From sequence record DRR378314_1470: a DNA stretch of 46,270 bases; one strand, written 5' to 3'. A program made the translations under genes and the position numbers. How positions within the stretch are numbered: the first letter of the stretch is position 1; every line of letters starts with the position of its first letter. The notes beneath the pieces are model-generated. The model worked only from the letters and a program-made list of their open reading frames with translations, did no database searches and had not been told where the DNA came from. Of the stretch, positions 10,286 through 19,755 are shown piece after piece.

Positions 10286-10333
10286 TATCGCGTAGGCAGA
10301 TTTCGAAAACGACGACCATCAGCCTACGCGATA
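10286..10333. terminator. Strong hairpin between convergent genes (possible terminator)
   Basis: TATCGCGTAGGCAGAT ... ATCAGCCTACGCGATA, 15/16 inverted match; no clear U-tract. Confidence 0.45.
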
Positions 10334-10489
10334 ACTGCAAGTTTGGTCTACGAACGCAGACCTATTTGCAGCCGATAACTGGCGCAGTCTTGCCACGCCA
10401 ATTTTTGTGAGGTCGCGATGTCAGAAACTTGCCCCGCACATTCCTAAGGAAAGGCACCATTGCCAACACGTCAGCATGGCGGTTTGGCT

Positions 10490-10520
10490 GATTGTCCCGG
10501 GGCACAACCTCGGGACAATC
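10490..10520 (-). terminator. Hairpin immediately after the CMD-family gene stop
   Basis: GATTGTCCCGGGG-CACAA-CCTCGGGACAATC. Confidence 0.5.
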
Positions 10521-10522
10521 CC

Positions 10523-10909
10523 CTAAGACGCGTTTTCTTCTATTACCTTACGCGCCGCGCGGAAACATTCCAGCGCCTGTGGAACCCCACAATAGATGCC
10601 GATAACATGGATGATGGCACGGATTTCCTCGGTCGTGACGCCGTTGTTGATCGCCCCGCGACAGTGGAGTTCCCATTCATGCATTTTTCCCAGCGCACCG
10701 ATCATCGATAGGTTCATCATTGAACGCGTCTTGGCGTCGATCACATCGTCACCCCAGCCGAAGCCCCAGCACCAGGCGGTCATCGCCTCCTGAAACGGGC
10801 GCGTAAAGTCGTCGGCGGCGGCCAGATTCTTTTCAACATACTCTGATCCCAGCGTTGCCTTGCGCTGCTCAAGACCTTTCAGGAACAGGTCTTCGTCAAA
10901 TGCACTCAT
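10523..10909 (-). CDS. Carboxymuconolactone decarboxylase (CMD/PcaC-like) family protein
   Basis: GLEQRKATLG..YV, WCWG..WG, TRSMMNLSMIGALG..HEWELHCRGAINNG, IYCGVP. Confidence 0.85.
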   Translation of the reverse strand: MSAFDEDLFLKGLEQRKATLGSEYVEKNLAAADDFTRPFQEAMTAWCWGFGWGDDVIDAKTRSMMNLSMIGALGKMHEWELHCRGAINNGVTTEEIRAIIHVIGIYCGVPQALECFRAARKVIEENAS

Positions 10910-11125
10910 GCTTTTGTCCTTCTATTTCCGGCATTCATCTGACCTTCATACGCCATCCACGGCGTTACGCATCCATTTTTGCGGGTGCATGGTCGGATGT
11001 TCCAAATTTACGCCCCTTTTATCTGGATCACCTGCCTCTACCTGCCGCGCCGGATCAGACAAGGTTGACCTTGCTGCCTTGCCATGGGAACGATGCGCAA
11101 AAGCTCAAGCAGGCAGGATAGCGCG

Positions 11126-12247
11126 ATGAAGATCGAACCCTTTGGTGTCGAAATCTGGATGGACGAATGGGAAACCAGATGCGCCTATAATCTTGCGGAA
11201 ACCTGCGTCGAAAGCCTGACCATAGCCGAGCTTTTGCAGCTTGCTGGTCGAAACTCGGATGATTTGTCCGGATTGCTGGGGATGAAGATGACCTATGGCG
11301 CGATCCGGGGCTCGGATCGGCTGCGCGATGCGATCTGCGGCCTGTATGACCAGCAAAAGCGCGAGAATGTCATCGTCACCCACGGCACGATCGGCGCCAA
11401 CATGCTGGTCCACAAGACGCTGGTCGAACGCGGCGATAAAGTGGTGGCCGTGGTGCCGACCTATCAGCAGCACTATTCGATCCCTGCCAGCATCGGAGCC
11501 GAGGTGGCACAGGTGCATCTGCGAGCTGAAAACGCCTATCTGCCTGATCTAGACGAACTGCGCGCTGCTGTAACCCCGGACACCAAGCTGATCGCCATCA
11601 ACAACCCCAACAACCCGACCGGCGCGGTAATGGATCGCGATTTCCTGCTTGAGATCGTCGAGATCGCGCGCAGTGCCGGGGCGTGGTTACTATGTGACGA
11701 AGTCTATCGCGGCACCGGGCAAGAAGGCGCTGGCATGACGGACGCGATTGCGGATCTCTATGAGAAAGGGATTTCCACAGCGGGCATGTCCAAGGCGTTC
11801 TCGTTGGCGGGACTGCGACTGGGTTGGATTGCGGCGGATCCAGAACTGATCGAAGCTGTTTCGATCCATCGCGATTACGATACGATCTCGGTTGGCATGA
11901 TTGATGACCATTTCGCAGCACTTGCGCTGGAACATCACGACAAGGTCTTGACCCGCAGCCATGCCATCACGCGCGGCAACCTCGCCATGCTGGAAGAATG
12001 GGTTGAGAAAGAACCAAAAATCAGTTGGGTCAAACCCAAGGCAGGAACAACCGCGCTGCTGCATTATGATCTCGATATGCCCTCGCGCGAATTCTGCGTG
12101 AGATTGCTGCAGGAAACCGGCGTGATGTTCACACCGGGCTCGGCGCTCGGGCTCGAAGGGTGTGTTCGGATTGGGTACGCCAATACACCGTCAATCCTTC
12201 TCGAAGGATTGACGAAGGTCTCCGATTTCCTCGCAAAGCTGGATTGA
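11126..12247 (+). CDS. PLP-dependent aminotransferase class I/II
   Basis: NNPNNPTG, LLCDEVY, GMSKAFSLAGLRLGW (PLP lysine), VRIGYA; start moved to ATG 11126. Confidence 0.9.
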   Translation: MKIEPFGVEIWMDEWETRCAYNLAETCVESLTIAELLQLAGRNSDDLSGLLGMKMTYGAIRGSDRLRDAICGLYDQQKRENVIVTHGTIGANMLVHKTLVERGDKVVAVVPTYQQHYSIPASIGAEVAQVHLRAENAYLPDLDELRAAVTPDTKLIAINNPNNPTGAVMDRDFLLEIVEIARSAGAWLLCDEVYRGTGQEGAGMTDAIADLYEKGISTAGMSKAFSLAGLRLGWIAADPELIEAVSIHRDYDTISVGMIDDHFAALALEHHDKVLTRSHAITRGNLAMLEEWVEKEPKISWVKPKAGTTALLHYDLDMPSREFCVRLLQETGVMFTPGSALGLEGCVRIGYANTPSILLEGLTKVSDFLAKLD

Positions 12248-12249
12248 AC

Positions 12250-13332
12250 TTAACGCCGCATCGTCTGCCCGTTGTGGAACAGATGCACTTTGTCCGGGAC
12301 AGCGGTGACCGAAACGGTTTGCCCCCGCAAATTGCGCTGAACGCCCGGCAGTTTTGCAATCGCCGCTTCTCGGCCTTCTGATGCTGCGAAATAGAGCAAT
12401 GTGACCTCACCCAGGGCCTCGGTGAAGTCCACCATGCCCGAATAGATCGGGCGATCCTCGGTCATCACCAGATCCTCGGGCCGGATACCGATGTTGACGG
12501 TCTTGCCTTCATCACCCGCCTCGGTCGGGACCGAGGAGACCGCCACACCACCATCATCCAAGGTCACAGTCGTCGTCTCACCGGTGGCAGTAACAGTACC
12601 CGGCAGCAAGTTCATGGCGGGTGAGCCTATGAACTGCGCAACGAATTCATTGTCGGGTGTTTCATACAAGTCCAGCGGGGTGCCGACCTGCGCGATCCCC
12701 TTGTCTGCCAGAACCACGATACGGCTGGCCAGCGTCATCGCCTCGACCTGGTCATGGGTGACATAGATCATCGTGCTATCTGGCATTGCTTCCTTGAGCC
12801 GTGCGATCTCGATCCGCGTCGCCACACGCAGGGCGGCATCAAGGTTCGAGAGTGGCTCGTCGAACAGATAAACCTTCGGGTCGCGCACGATGGCGCGGCC
12901 AATCGCAACCCGCTGGCGCTGACCGCCAGACAGCGCCTTGGGCAGACGGTCGAGCAATGGTTCAAGCTGTAGGATCTGCGCGGCACGGTCCACGGCGGCA
13001 TCAACCTCAGCACTGGGCATCTTGGCAATCTTGAGCGCGAAGGCCATGTTCTCGCGTACCGTCATATGTGGATAGAGCGCATAGGACTGGAACACCATCG
13101 CGATGCCCCGCTGTGCTGGCGGAACATCGTTCACAACCAGCCCTTCGATCTCAAGCGTGCCGCCCGTGATCTTTTCGAGGCCCGCAATCATCCGCAGCAA
13201 AGTGGATTTACCGCATCCAGACGGACCGACAAAAACAATCAGTTCGCCCTGCTCGATTTCAAGATCGATATGTTTCAGAACATCGACCGGGCCATAAGAT
13301 TTGGCCACATCCGTGAGTTTGAGTTCCGACAT
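12250..13332 (-). CDS. aglK: Alpha-glucoside ABC transporter ATP-binding protein
   Basis: GPSGCGKST, LSGGQRQRVAIGRA, FDEPLSNLDAALR, YVTHDQVEAM; aglEFGAK gene order. Confidence 0.9.
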   Translation of the reverse strand: MSELKLTDVAKSYGPVDVLKHIDLEIEQGELIVFVGPSGCGKSTLLRMIAGLEKITGGTLEIEGLVVNDVPPAQRGIAMVFQSYALYPHMTVRENMAFALKIAKMPSAEVDAAVDRAAQILQLEPLLDRLPKALSGGQRQRVAIGRAIVRDPKVYLFDEPLSNLDAALRVATRIEIARLKEAMPDSTMIYVTHDQVEAMTLASRIVVLADKGIAQVGTPLDLYETPDNEFVAQFIGSPAMNLLPGTVTATGETTTVTLDDGGVAVSSVPTEAGDEGKTVNIGIRPEDLVMTEDRPIYSGMVDFTEALGEVTLLYFAASEGREAAIAKLPGVQRNLRGQTVSVTAVPDKVHLFHNGQTMRR

Positions 13333-13335
13333 AGT

Positions 13336-14991
13336 TTACCTCTTTTCCCGAGCCAGTAGACAGAATTGAGCGGCGTTCAACGTTACTGTGCCTTCCCCGC
13401 GAACGCCGCCCAACTCCTCCCCGATTACACGCCAGTCGCCGCCGGGCAGTTCAAGTTCTGCGGGCTGTGACCCCATGTTGAAGGCACAAAACACCTGCTC
13501 TGCTGCATCCTCGCGAGTGAAGGCCAGAACCGATCCGATCTGTGACATCCCGGTCTGCGCCCCGGACATCAGCGCCGAATGCGTATGGCGCAGCGCAATT
13601 GCCCGGCGGTAATGGTGCAGCGTTGATTGCGGATCCTGCTCCAATCTGTCCACAGCCCGTTCAGCTTGTGCAGAACTGACGGGCAACCAAGGACGATTTG
13701 AACTGAACCCGGATTGTTCATCCTGCGCAGCCCAAACCATCGGCGTGCGGCATCCATCACGGCCCTTGAACTCGGGCCAGAATTCAATGCCATAGGGATC
13801 TTGCAGATCCTCGAATGCCACATCCGCCTCGGGTAAACCCAGTTCCTCTCCCTGATACAGGCAGGCGGAGCCGCGCAGGCACATCATCAGAACGGCGTGC
13901 TGCCGGATGGCCGCATCGTCCAGACCCCAACGCGACGCATGGCGTTGAACGTCGTGGTTCGAAAAGGCCCAGCAGGGCCACGCATCACCCGCCTTTTCCT
14001 CTAGCTGATCAAAAACCTGTTTTGCATAAGCCGCTGTAAGGGCTCGCTTTTCGAGAAACTCGAAGGCATAGCACATGTGCATCCGCTTATCGCCGCTGGT
14101 GTATTCGCCCATGATCTCAAGCCCGCGCTGCGCGTCACCGACCTCACCCAGACAGGCGCGACCTTCGTATTCGTCAGTCAGCGCACGCAGGCGTTCGAGG
14201 AAGGCGATGTTCTCGGGCTGGCTTTTGGAAAACAGGTGATCCTGATGATTATAGGGGTTCACCATTGGCGCAATGGATGCGTTGCGCTGCTCCATGGGAA
14301 GGCCAGGATTGTCGCGCAGTTGAGCGTCGTGGAAATAGAAGTTGATCGTGTCCAGACGGAACCCGTCGACGCCCAGATCCAACCAGAACCGGGCCACATC
14401 CAACAACGCATCTTGAACATCCTTGCAATGGAAGTTCAGATCCGGCTGCGAGGTCAAGAAATTGTGCAGGTAATATTGAAGACGCCGTGCATCCCACTGC
14501 CAGGCCGAACCGCCAAAGATCGACAGCCAGTTATTCGGCGGCGTCCCATCCGGCTTAGGATCGGCCCAGACGTACCAGTCAGATTTCGGGTTCTCACGGT
14601 TGGCGCGGCTCTCACCAAACCACGCGTGCTGATCCGAGGTGTGAGACAACACGAGGTCGATCATGACTTTCAAGCCGTGCGAATGCGCCTGATCCAACAA
14701 ATCCCTGAAATCCGCCATCGTGCCGAACATCGGATCAACATCGCGATAGTCGCTGACATCATATCCAAAGTCCTTCATCGGAGATTTAAAGAACGGCGAA
14801 ATCCAGATTGCATCAACGCCCAGAGAGGCAATATAGCCCAGCCGCTGAGTGATACCCTTAAGGTCTCCGATCCCATCGCCGTTGCTGTCCTGAAAGCTGC
14901 GCGGATAGATCTGATAGATCACACAGCCCCGCCACCAGTCCGATGTCGCTTTGGTTGATTTGGAAAGTGTTGGGTTGTTCTGCACGTTCAT
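13336..14991 (-). CDS. aglA: GH13 alpha-glucosidase
   Basis: WWRGCVIYQIYPRSFQDSNGDGIGDL, DLVLSHTSDQH, DGFRLDTIN, LGEVG, FSNHDV, YQGEELG, GRDGCRTPM. Confidence 0.92.
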   Translation of the reverse strand: MNVQNNPTLSKSTKATSDWWRGCVIYQIYPRSFQDSNGDGIGDLKGITQRLGYIASLGVDAIWISPFFKSPMKDFGYDVSDYRDVDPMFGTMADFRDLLDQAHSHGLKVMIDLVLSHTSDQHAWFGESRANRENPKSDWYVWADPKPDGTPPNNWLSIFGGSAWQWDARRLQYYLHNFLTSQPDLNFHCKDVQDALLDVARFWLDLGVDGFRLDTINFYFHDAQLRDNPGLPMEQRNASIAPMVNPYNHQDHLFSKSQPENIAFLERLRALTDEYEGRACLGEVGDAQRGLEIMGEYTSGDKRMHMCYAFEFLEKRALTAAYAKQVFDQLEEKAGDAWPCWAFSNHDVQRHASRWGLDDAAIRQHAVLMMCLRGSACLYQGEELGLPEADVAFEDLQDPYGIEFWPEFKGRDGCRTPMVWAAQDEQSGFSSNRPWLPVSSAQAERAVDRLEQDPQSTLHHYRRAIALRHTHSALMSGAQTGMSQIGSVLAFTREDAAEQVFCAFNMGSQPAELELPGGDWRVIGEELGGVRGEGTVTLNAAQFCLLAREKR

Positions 14992-15000
14992 CACACGCCC

Positions 15001-16149
15001 TTATTTTACGGAACCGGCCAACAGGCCGCGAACCAGATATTTTTGCATTGCAAAGAAGACCACCAGCGGCACCGCGATTGAGACAAACGCCGCCGTGGCA
15101 AGGATTTCCCAGTTGCCACCCCGTGTGCCCAACAGCTCGACAATGCGGTTGGTCATCACCGTGGTCTGGCCTGTGGCATCGATCAGGAACACCTTGGCAA
15201 CCAGCAGATCGTTCCATGTCCAAAGGAACTGGAAGATCGCGAACGAGGCCAGCGCGGGGAAGCTGAGCGGCAGGATCAGTTTGGTAAATATCTGAAACTC
15301 GGTCGCGCCATCGACCCGCGCGTTTTCAATCAAATCGCGGGGCAGCCCGGCCATGTAATTGCGCAGCAGATAGATCGCCAGTGGCATCCCAAAGCCGGTA
15401 TGCGCGAGCCAGACGCCCAGATATCCTTTGGGGATACCAATGCTCAGATGAAGTTTCAGCAGCGGGATCAGCGCCAGTTGCAAAGGGACAACCAGCAGAC
15501 CGACCACCGCTGCAATCAGCAGGGCGCGACCCGGAAAATCCATCCATGCCAGCGCATAGGCCGCAAAAGCGGCGACAAGGATCGGGATGATCGTCGCCGG
15601 GATCGTCACGGTGAGTGTATTGAAGAAGGCCTTGCCCATGCTGTCGGTGCTGTCTTCGGCCAGCAGCACCTTGTGATAATTGCCCAACGTAAACTCGGGT
15701 GGAAGCTCGGCGGTGACAAATACACGCGCACCTCGACTGCCCGAGAATTCTTCGGTGTTTTCCATGCGGTAGTTGCCATCGGCGTCGACGGTGATCTCGC
15801 CACCACGGCGCAATTCAGCGGTTTCACCCGGTTTAAATGCATCAATCGCGCGAGAGCTGACGCCCCATTGCGAAATCTTGGCCGTAACACCGGCGTCAAA
15901 CAGATTACCCTCGATCACATAAAGCCCGTTCTCAAGCACCTGCGTCTCGGGCGCGGCGCTGCGCAGGGTCAGGTTCTGCTCGGACGGGAACAGTGATCTC
16001 CACCAGCCGCTGGTCGCAATCTGATCCGCCGTCCTGAATGACGAGATCAGCAAACCCAGTGTCGGGAAAACCCACAGCACCACCAAAAGAAGGACCGAGG
16101 CATGGACCACCCATCTGAGGGCCGGTTTGGCTCCTGCAATATCGTTCAT
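15001..16149 (-). CDS. aglG: Alpha-glucoside ABC transporter permease
   Basis: Hydrophobic segments; EAA-loop LPRDLIENARVDGA; WTWNDLL; LVRGLLAGSVK. Confidence 0.9.
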   Translation of the reverse strand: MNDIAGAKPALRWVVHASVLLLVVLWVFPTLGLLISSFRTADQIATSGWWRSLFPSEQNLTLRSAAPETQVLENGLYVIEGNLFDAGVTAKISQWGVSSRAIDAFKPGETAELRRGGEITVDADGNYRMENTEEFSGSRGARVFVTAELPPEFTLGNYHKVLLAEDSTDSMGKAFFNTLTVTIPATIIPILVAAFAAYALAWMDFPGRALLIAAVVGLLVVPLQLALIPLLKLHLSIGIPKGYLGVWLAHTGFGMPLAIYLLRNYMAGLPRDLIENARVDGATEFQIFTKLILPLSFPALASFAIFQFLWTWNDLLVAKVFLIDATGQTTVMTNRIVELLGTRGGNWEILATAAFVSIAVPLVVFFAMQKYLVRGLLAGSVK

Positions 16150-16160
16150 GCCGCCCTCCG

Positions 16161-17168
16161 CTACTGCATTTCTTTGCGCGCATTGCGCACGTTCCAGATC
16201 AGGATCGGTGTCACCAGCAGCATGATCACCATGGCCGAAGCCGACCCGACACCCCAGTCATTGGCGCGGAACAGCTTGTCGAACATGTAATTGGCCAAAA
16301 CCTGCGTTTCCCATTGCCCGTTGGTCATGGCAAAAACGATGTCGAAAACCTTGAGGACGGTGATGGTGATCGTCGTCCAGACCACCAGAATGGTTGTCTT
16401 GATTTGCGGCACCTTGATCCGGAAGAATATCTGGAACGGGTTTGCGCCGTCCAGAACGGCGGCTTCAATGGTTTCCTCGGGGATGCCGCGCAAGGCGGCA
16501 GAGAGGATGACCATGGCAAAACCGGTTTGTATCCAGACCAGAACGATCATCAGGAAAAAACTGTTCCAGAACGGAATTGTCAGCCATGTCTGCGGATCGC
16601 TGCCGCCAAAGAAGATGTAAAGCGCGTTCAGGATGCCGATCTGATCTTGTTCCGCAGGTCGCGTGTCATAGACCAGCTTCCAGATCACCGACGCCCCCAC
16701 GAACGAGATCGCCATCGGCATGAAGATCAGCGCCTTGGCCACGTTGCCCCATCGGATACGGTCAGTGAGCTGCGCTACCAGAAGTCCAAATGCGGTCGAC
16801 ATCGCCGGAACCACAATCAGCCAGAGCATATTGTTGCGCATGGCTTCCCAGAATTTAGGCTCTGCCGCCATCTGGCGGTAATTGTCGAGGCCAACCCACT
16901 TATAACCGCCTCCGGGGATGCGATCCGTTAGCGAAAGGCGCAGCGTCTCGAAGACCGGATAGGCCAGGTACAGGCCCAGGGCGAGCAACGCGGGCAACAG
17001 GAACAGCCAGGGCCGGATCATGTTGGCGCGGTTGATATTCCGGCCCGCATTCGGACCACGTGCAGGGAACAGAACCTTATCCAGAACCTGATTTGACAGA
17101 TAGAAATAGCCCACACAGCCCGACACGCCGATGGCGATGGTCAGCAGGCCTTGAAATGCCGGATGCAT
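16161..17168 (-). CDS. aglF: Alpha-glucoside ABC transporter permease
   Basis: FMPMAISFVGASVIW, IPEETIEAAVLDGA, VFDIVFAMTNGQW. Confidence 0.9.
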   Translation of the reverse strand: MHPAFQGLLTIAIGVSGCVGYFYLSNQVLDKVLFPARGPNAGRNINRANMIRPWLFLLPALLALGLYLAYPVFETLRLSLTDRIPGGGYKWVGLDNYRQMAAEPKFWEAMRNNMLWLIVVPAMSTAFGLLVAQLTDRIRWGNVAKALIFMPMAISFVGASVIWKLVYDTRPAEQDQIGILNALYIFFGGSDPQTWLTIPFWNSFFLMIVLVWIQTGFAMVILSAALRGIPEETIEAAVLDGANPFQIFFRIKVPQIKTTILVVWTTITITVLKVFDIVFAMTNGQWETQVLANYMFDKLFRANDWGVGSASAMVIMLLVTPILIWNVRNARKEMQ

Positions 17169-17196
17169 GACGCTCTCCGTTGCGAAAGGGGGATTT

Positions 17197-17221
17197 GGGC
17201 GGCCTGATGTGCAGACCGCCC
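17197..17221 (-). terminator. Intercistronic hairpin after aglE (mRNA stabiliser or attenuator)
   Basis: Minus strand GGGCGGTCTG-CACAT-CAGGCCGCCC. Confidence 0.45.
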
Positions 17222-17235
17222 GATCTAAAACACAC

Positions 17236-18504
17236 TTAGTTCAACGCATCCCATGAGGACTGGATTTCGTCGGCGACCTCTTGGGCAGGCTTGCCACCAG
17301 TATAGTCGACCATGCCGGTCCAGAATGTACCCGCACCAACACCGCCCGGCATCAGGTCGGAACCATCAAACCGGAATGTGGTTGCGCCCAGAAGAATGTC
17401 GTTCATCTTCTTCAGCGTCGGATCCGAGAACAACGAGGTGTCGACGCCTTTATGGGGGGTCAGGAAACCGGTCAATTGCATCCAGATCTCATGCGCCTCG
17501 GGCGTCTGCAGATACTCGATCAGCGCATGTGCGCCGGGGCTGTCATTGGTGACCGCCCAGAGCGTGCCTGCACCCAGAACCGGGCTGCCGAGGTCCTTGC
17601 CCGCATACGCCGGGAAGTAGAAGAAATCAGCATCTTCACCCACCACTGTTCCTTCGGGGAAGAATGCAGGGATAAATGACGCCTGACGGTGCAAGTAACA
17701 CTGCGGGGGTGAACTGAACATGCCCTTTGGGCTATCGCGGAAGTCCGTGGTTGCCACTGCACCTGCGCCGCCTGCAACATAATCGTCATTGCGAGCGAAA
17801 GCTCCGAATTCCTCGATGGCTTCGATCACCTTGGGGTCGTTGAACTTCATTTCGTTGGCGACCCATGCGTCGTAGTCTTCGGGCGACTGGGTACGCAGCA
17901 TCATGTCCTCGACCCAGTCCGTCGCGGGCCAACCGGTTGCGCCGCCAGACCCCAGACCGATGCACCAGGGTGTATCTCCGTCGGCGACGATCTGATCGGT
18001 CAGCGCCTTGAGCTCTTCCATCGTGGTCGGCACTTCATAGCCCGCATCTTCGAAATTCTCAGGCACATACCAGACCAGCGATTTCACATCGACCTTGTAG
18101 AAGAAGCCATAAAGGTGATCATCGCCATCAGCACCGGGATAAGTGCCCAGATCAACCCAGGACTGACCGGCGGCATAGTTGTCACGAATCCAATCCCCAG
18201 TGCCATCGTTCAGCGGTGTCAAGAATCCCGACTTTGCCATATCCGCCGCCAGACCGGGCTGAGGGAAGACAGCCACGTTTGGTGCAGACCCGGCTTCGGC
18301 ATCAATTCTGATCTGCTGTTCGAAGCTGTCGGAACCGACATAGGCATATTCATGACCCGTCGCTGCGGCAAAGCCATCCAGAACCTTTTCGACATTTTCC
18401 TGGTCCGGCCCAAGCCAGGGCCCGAACACGGTCACTTTGTCGGCCTGCGCCGCGCCCGCCATCAGGGCGAACGTGGCCGCGCCTGCGTAAAGCGAGTGTT
18501 TCAT
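17236..18504 (-). CDS. aglE: Alpha-glucoside ABC transporter periplasmic binding protein
   Basis: Signal peptide MKHSLYAGAATFALMAGAAQA; KSLVWY, WCIGLGSGGATGWPATDWVED, FRFDGSDLMP; GGAGGAG SD before ATG 18504. Confidence 0.9.
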   Translation of the reverse strand: MKHSLYAGAATFALMAGAAQADKVTVFGPWLGPDQENVEKVLDGFAAATGHEYAYVGSDSFEQQIRIDAEAGSAPNVAVFPQPGLAADMAKSGFLTPLNDGTGDWIRDNYAAGQSWVDLGTYPGADGDDHLYGFFYKVDVKSLVWYVPENFEDAGYEVPTTMEELKALTDQIVADGDTPWCIGLGSGGATGWPATDWVEDMMLRTQSPEDYDAWVANEMKFNDPKVIEAIEEFGAFARNDDYVAGGAGAVATTDFRDSPKGMFSSPPQCYLHRQASFIPAFFPEGTVVGEDADFFYFPAYAGKDLGSPVLGAGTLWAVTNDSPGAHALIEYLQTPEAHEIWMQLTGFLTPHKGVDTSLFSDPTLKKMNDILLGATTFRFDGSDLMPGGVGAGTFWTGMVDYTGGKPAQEVADEIQSSWDALN

Positions 18505-18547
18505 GAACTTCTCCTCCCAACTGAGTTCAGCGCCAAGAGAATCGTTT

Positions 18548-18563
18548 TTCAAAGCGCTTTGAA
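18548..18563. promoter_or_regulatory. LacI-type (AglR) operator
   Basis: Perfect 16-bp palindrome TTCAAAGCGCTTTGAA with central CG; degenerate copy GAAGGCGCTTTG at 18705-18716 just upstream of aglR. Confidence 0.75.
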
Positions 18564-18722
18564 TGTCTGATGTTATCCGCTAACATTTGAGCGCTGTCAA
18601 TATTTCGTTACCGTTACCTCTATTAATATAATTATTTTGACTCCCCTTCAAAACAGGTTGACGGAGATGAAATTTCACAACACAACAATAAGAGGAAGAA
18701 TTTTGAAGGCGCTTTGGAAGCC

Positions 18723-19754
18723 ATGAACCTTAAGAAACTCTCGGAGATCCTCGGTCTTTCACAGACGACTGTCAGCCGTGCGCTGAATGGCTATCCCGAA
18801 GTGAATGAGGATACGCGCATCCGGGTTCAGGCTGCCGCCGACAAGCACGGATACCGTCCAAATAGCCGCGCCAAAGGGCTGGCCACCGGACGCTCGATGG
18901 TGATCGGACACGTGATTCCCACATCTTCCCAACATGAAATGGTCAATCCGATTTTCGGGGATTTCGTGGCGGGGGCCGCGCGAACCTATGCTCAGAATAA
19001 CTATGACATGATGTTCACACACACACCTGATACCTCAGTCGAAGACTCTTATCGCAGACTGTTCAACCGAGGCGTTGTGGATGGCATCGTGCTTCAAGGA
19101 CCCAAGGTGATCGAGCCGCGGATCTCAGCACTGTCGCAAATGGGTGTGCCATTCATCGTACATGGCCGTTCGACCTGTGCAGATGTGCCTTACGACTGGA
19201 TCGACGTGAACAACCAGCGCTCATTCGAAAGGGCGACACAGTTTCTGATCGATCTCGGCCACCGGCGCATTGCGCTGATCAACGGGCTCGAAGAGATGGA
19301 TTTTGCCCAACGCCGGCGAAATGGTTACTTGGCGGCGATGACGAATGCCGGGATCAAGATCGACCCGGACCTGTTGCGAAGCGCCGAGATGACCGAAATT
19401 TACGGGCATCAAACCGCATGCGATATGCTGAAACTGGACGATCCCCCGACGGCTATCCTTGCCTCATCAATCATTTCAGCGGTTGGTGTCAGGCGCGCTC
19501 TGGAAGAGCGTGGATTGAAGATGGGGCGCGATATCTCTGTCATCGCCCATGATGATGAACTGTCCTACATGCGCAACGGCATGGATGTGCCGATATTTAC
19601 TGCTACACGATCCTCGGTCAGGCACGCCGGAGAACTTGCCGCCGAAATGCTGATCGATCGAATAAACGCCCCGGATGACCCGCCCAAAACACGCCTGCTG
19701 GAAGCTGAGCTGGTCGTGGGCAGTTCGACGGGTCCGGTGCCTCAAAGGTCCTGA
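18723..19754 (+). CDS. aglR: LacI-family transcriptional regulator
   Basis: MNLKKLSEILGLSQTTVSRALNGYPEV...GYRPN..AKGLATG; divergent from aglE. Confidence 0.88.
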   Translation: MNLKKLSEILGLSQTTVSRALNGYPEVNEDTRIRVQAAADKHGYRPNSRAKGLATGRSMVIGHVIPTSSQHEMVNPIFGDFVAGAARTYAQNNYDMMFTHTPDTSVEDSYRRLFNRGVVDGIVLQGPKVIEPRISALSQMGVPFIVHGRSTCADVPYDWIDVNNQRSFERATQFLIDLGHRRIALINGLEEMDFAQRRRNGYLAAMTNAGIKIDPDLLRSAEMTEIYGHQTACDMLKLDDPPTAILASSIISAVGVRRALEERGLKMGRDISVIAHDDELSYMRNGMDVPIFTATRSSVRHAGELAAEMLIDRINAPDDPPKTRLLEAELVVGSSTGPVPQRS

Positions 19755-19755
19755 C

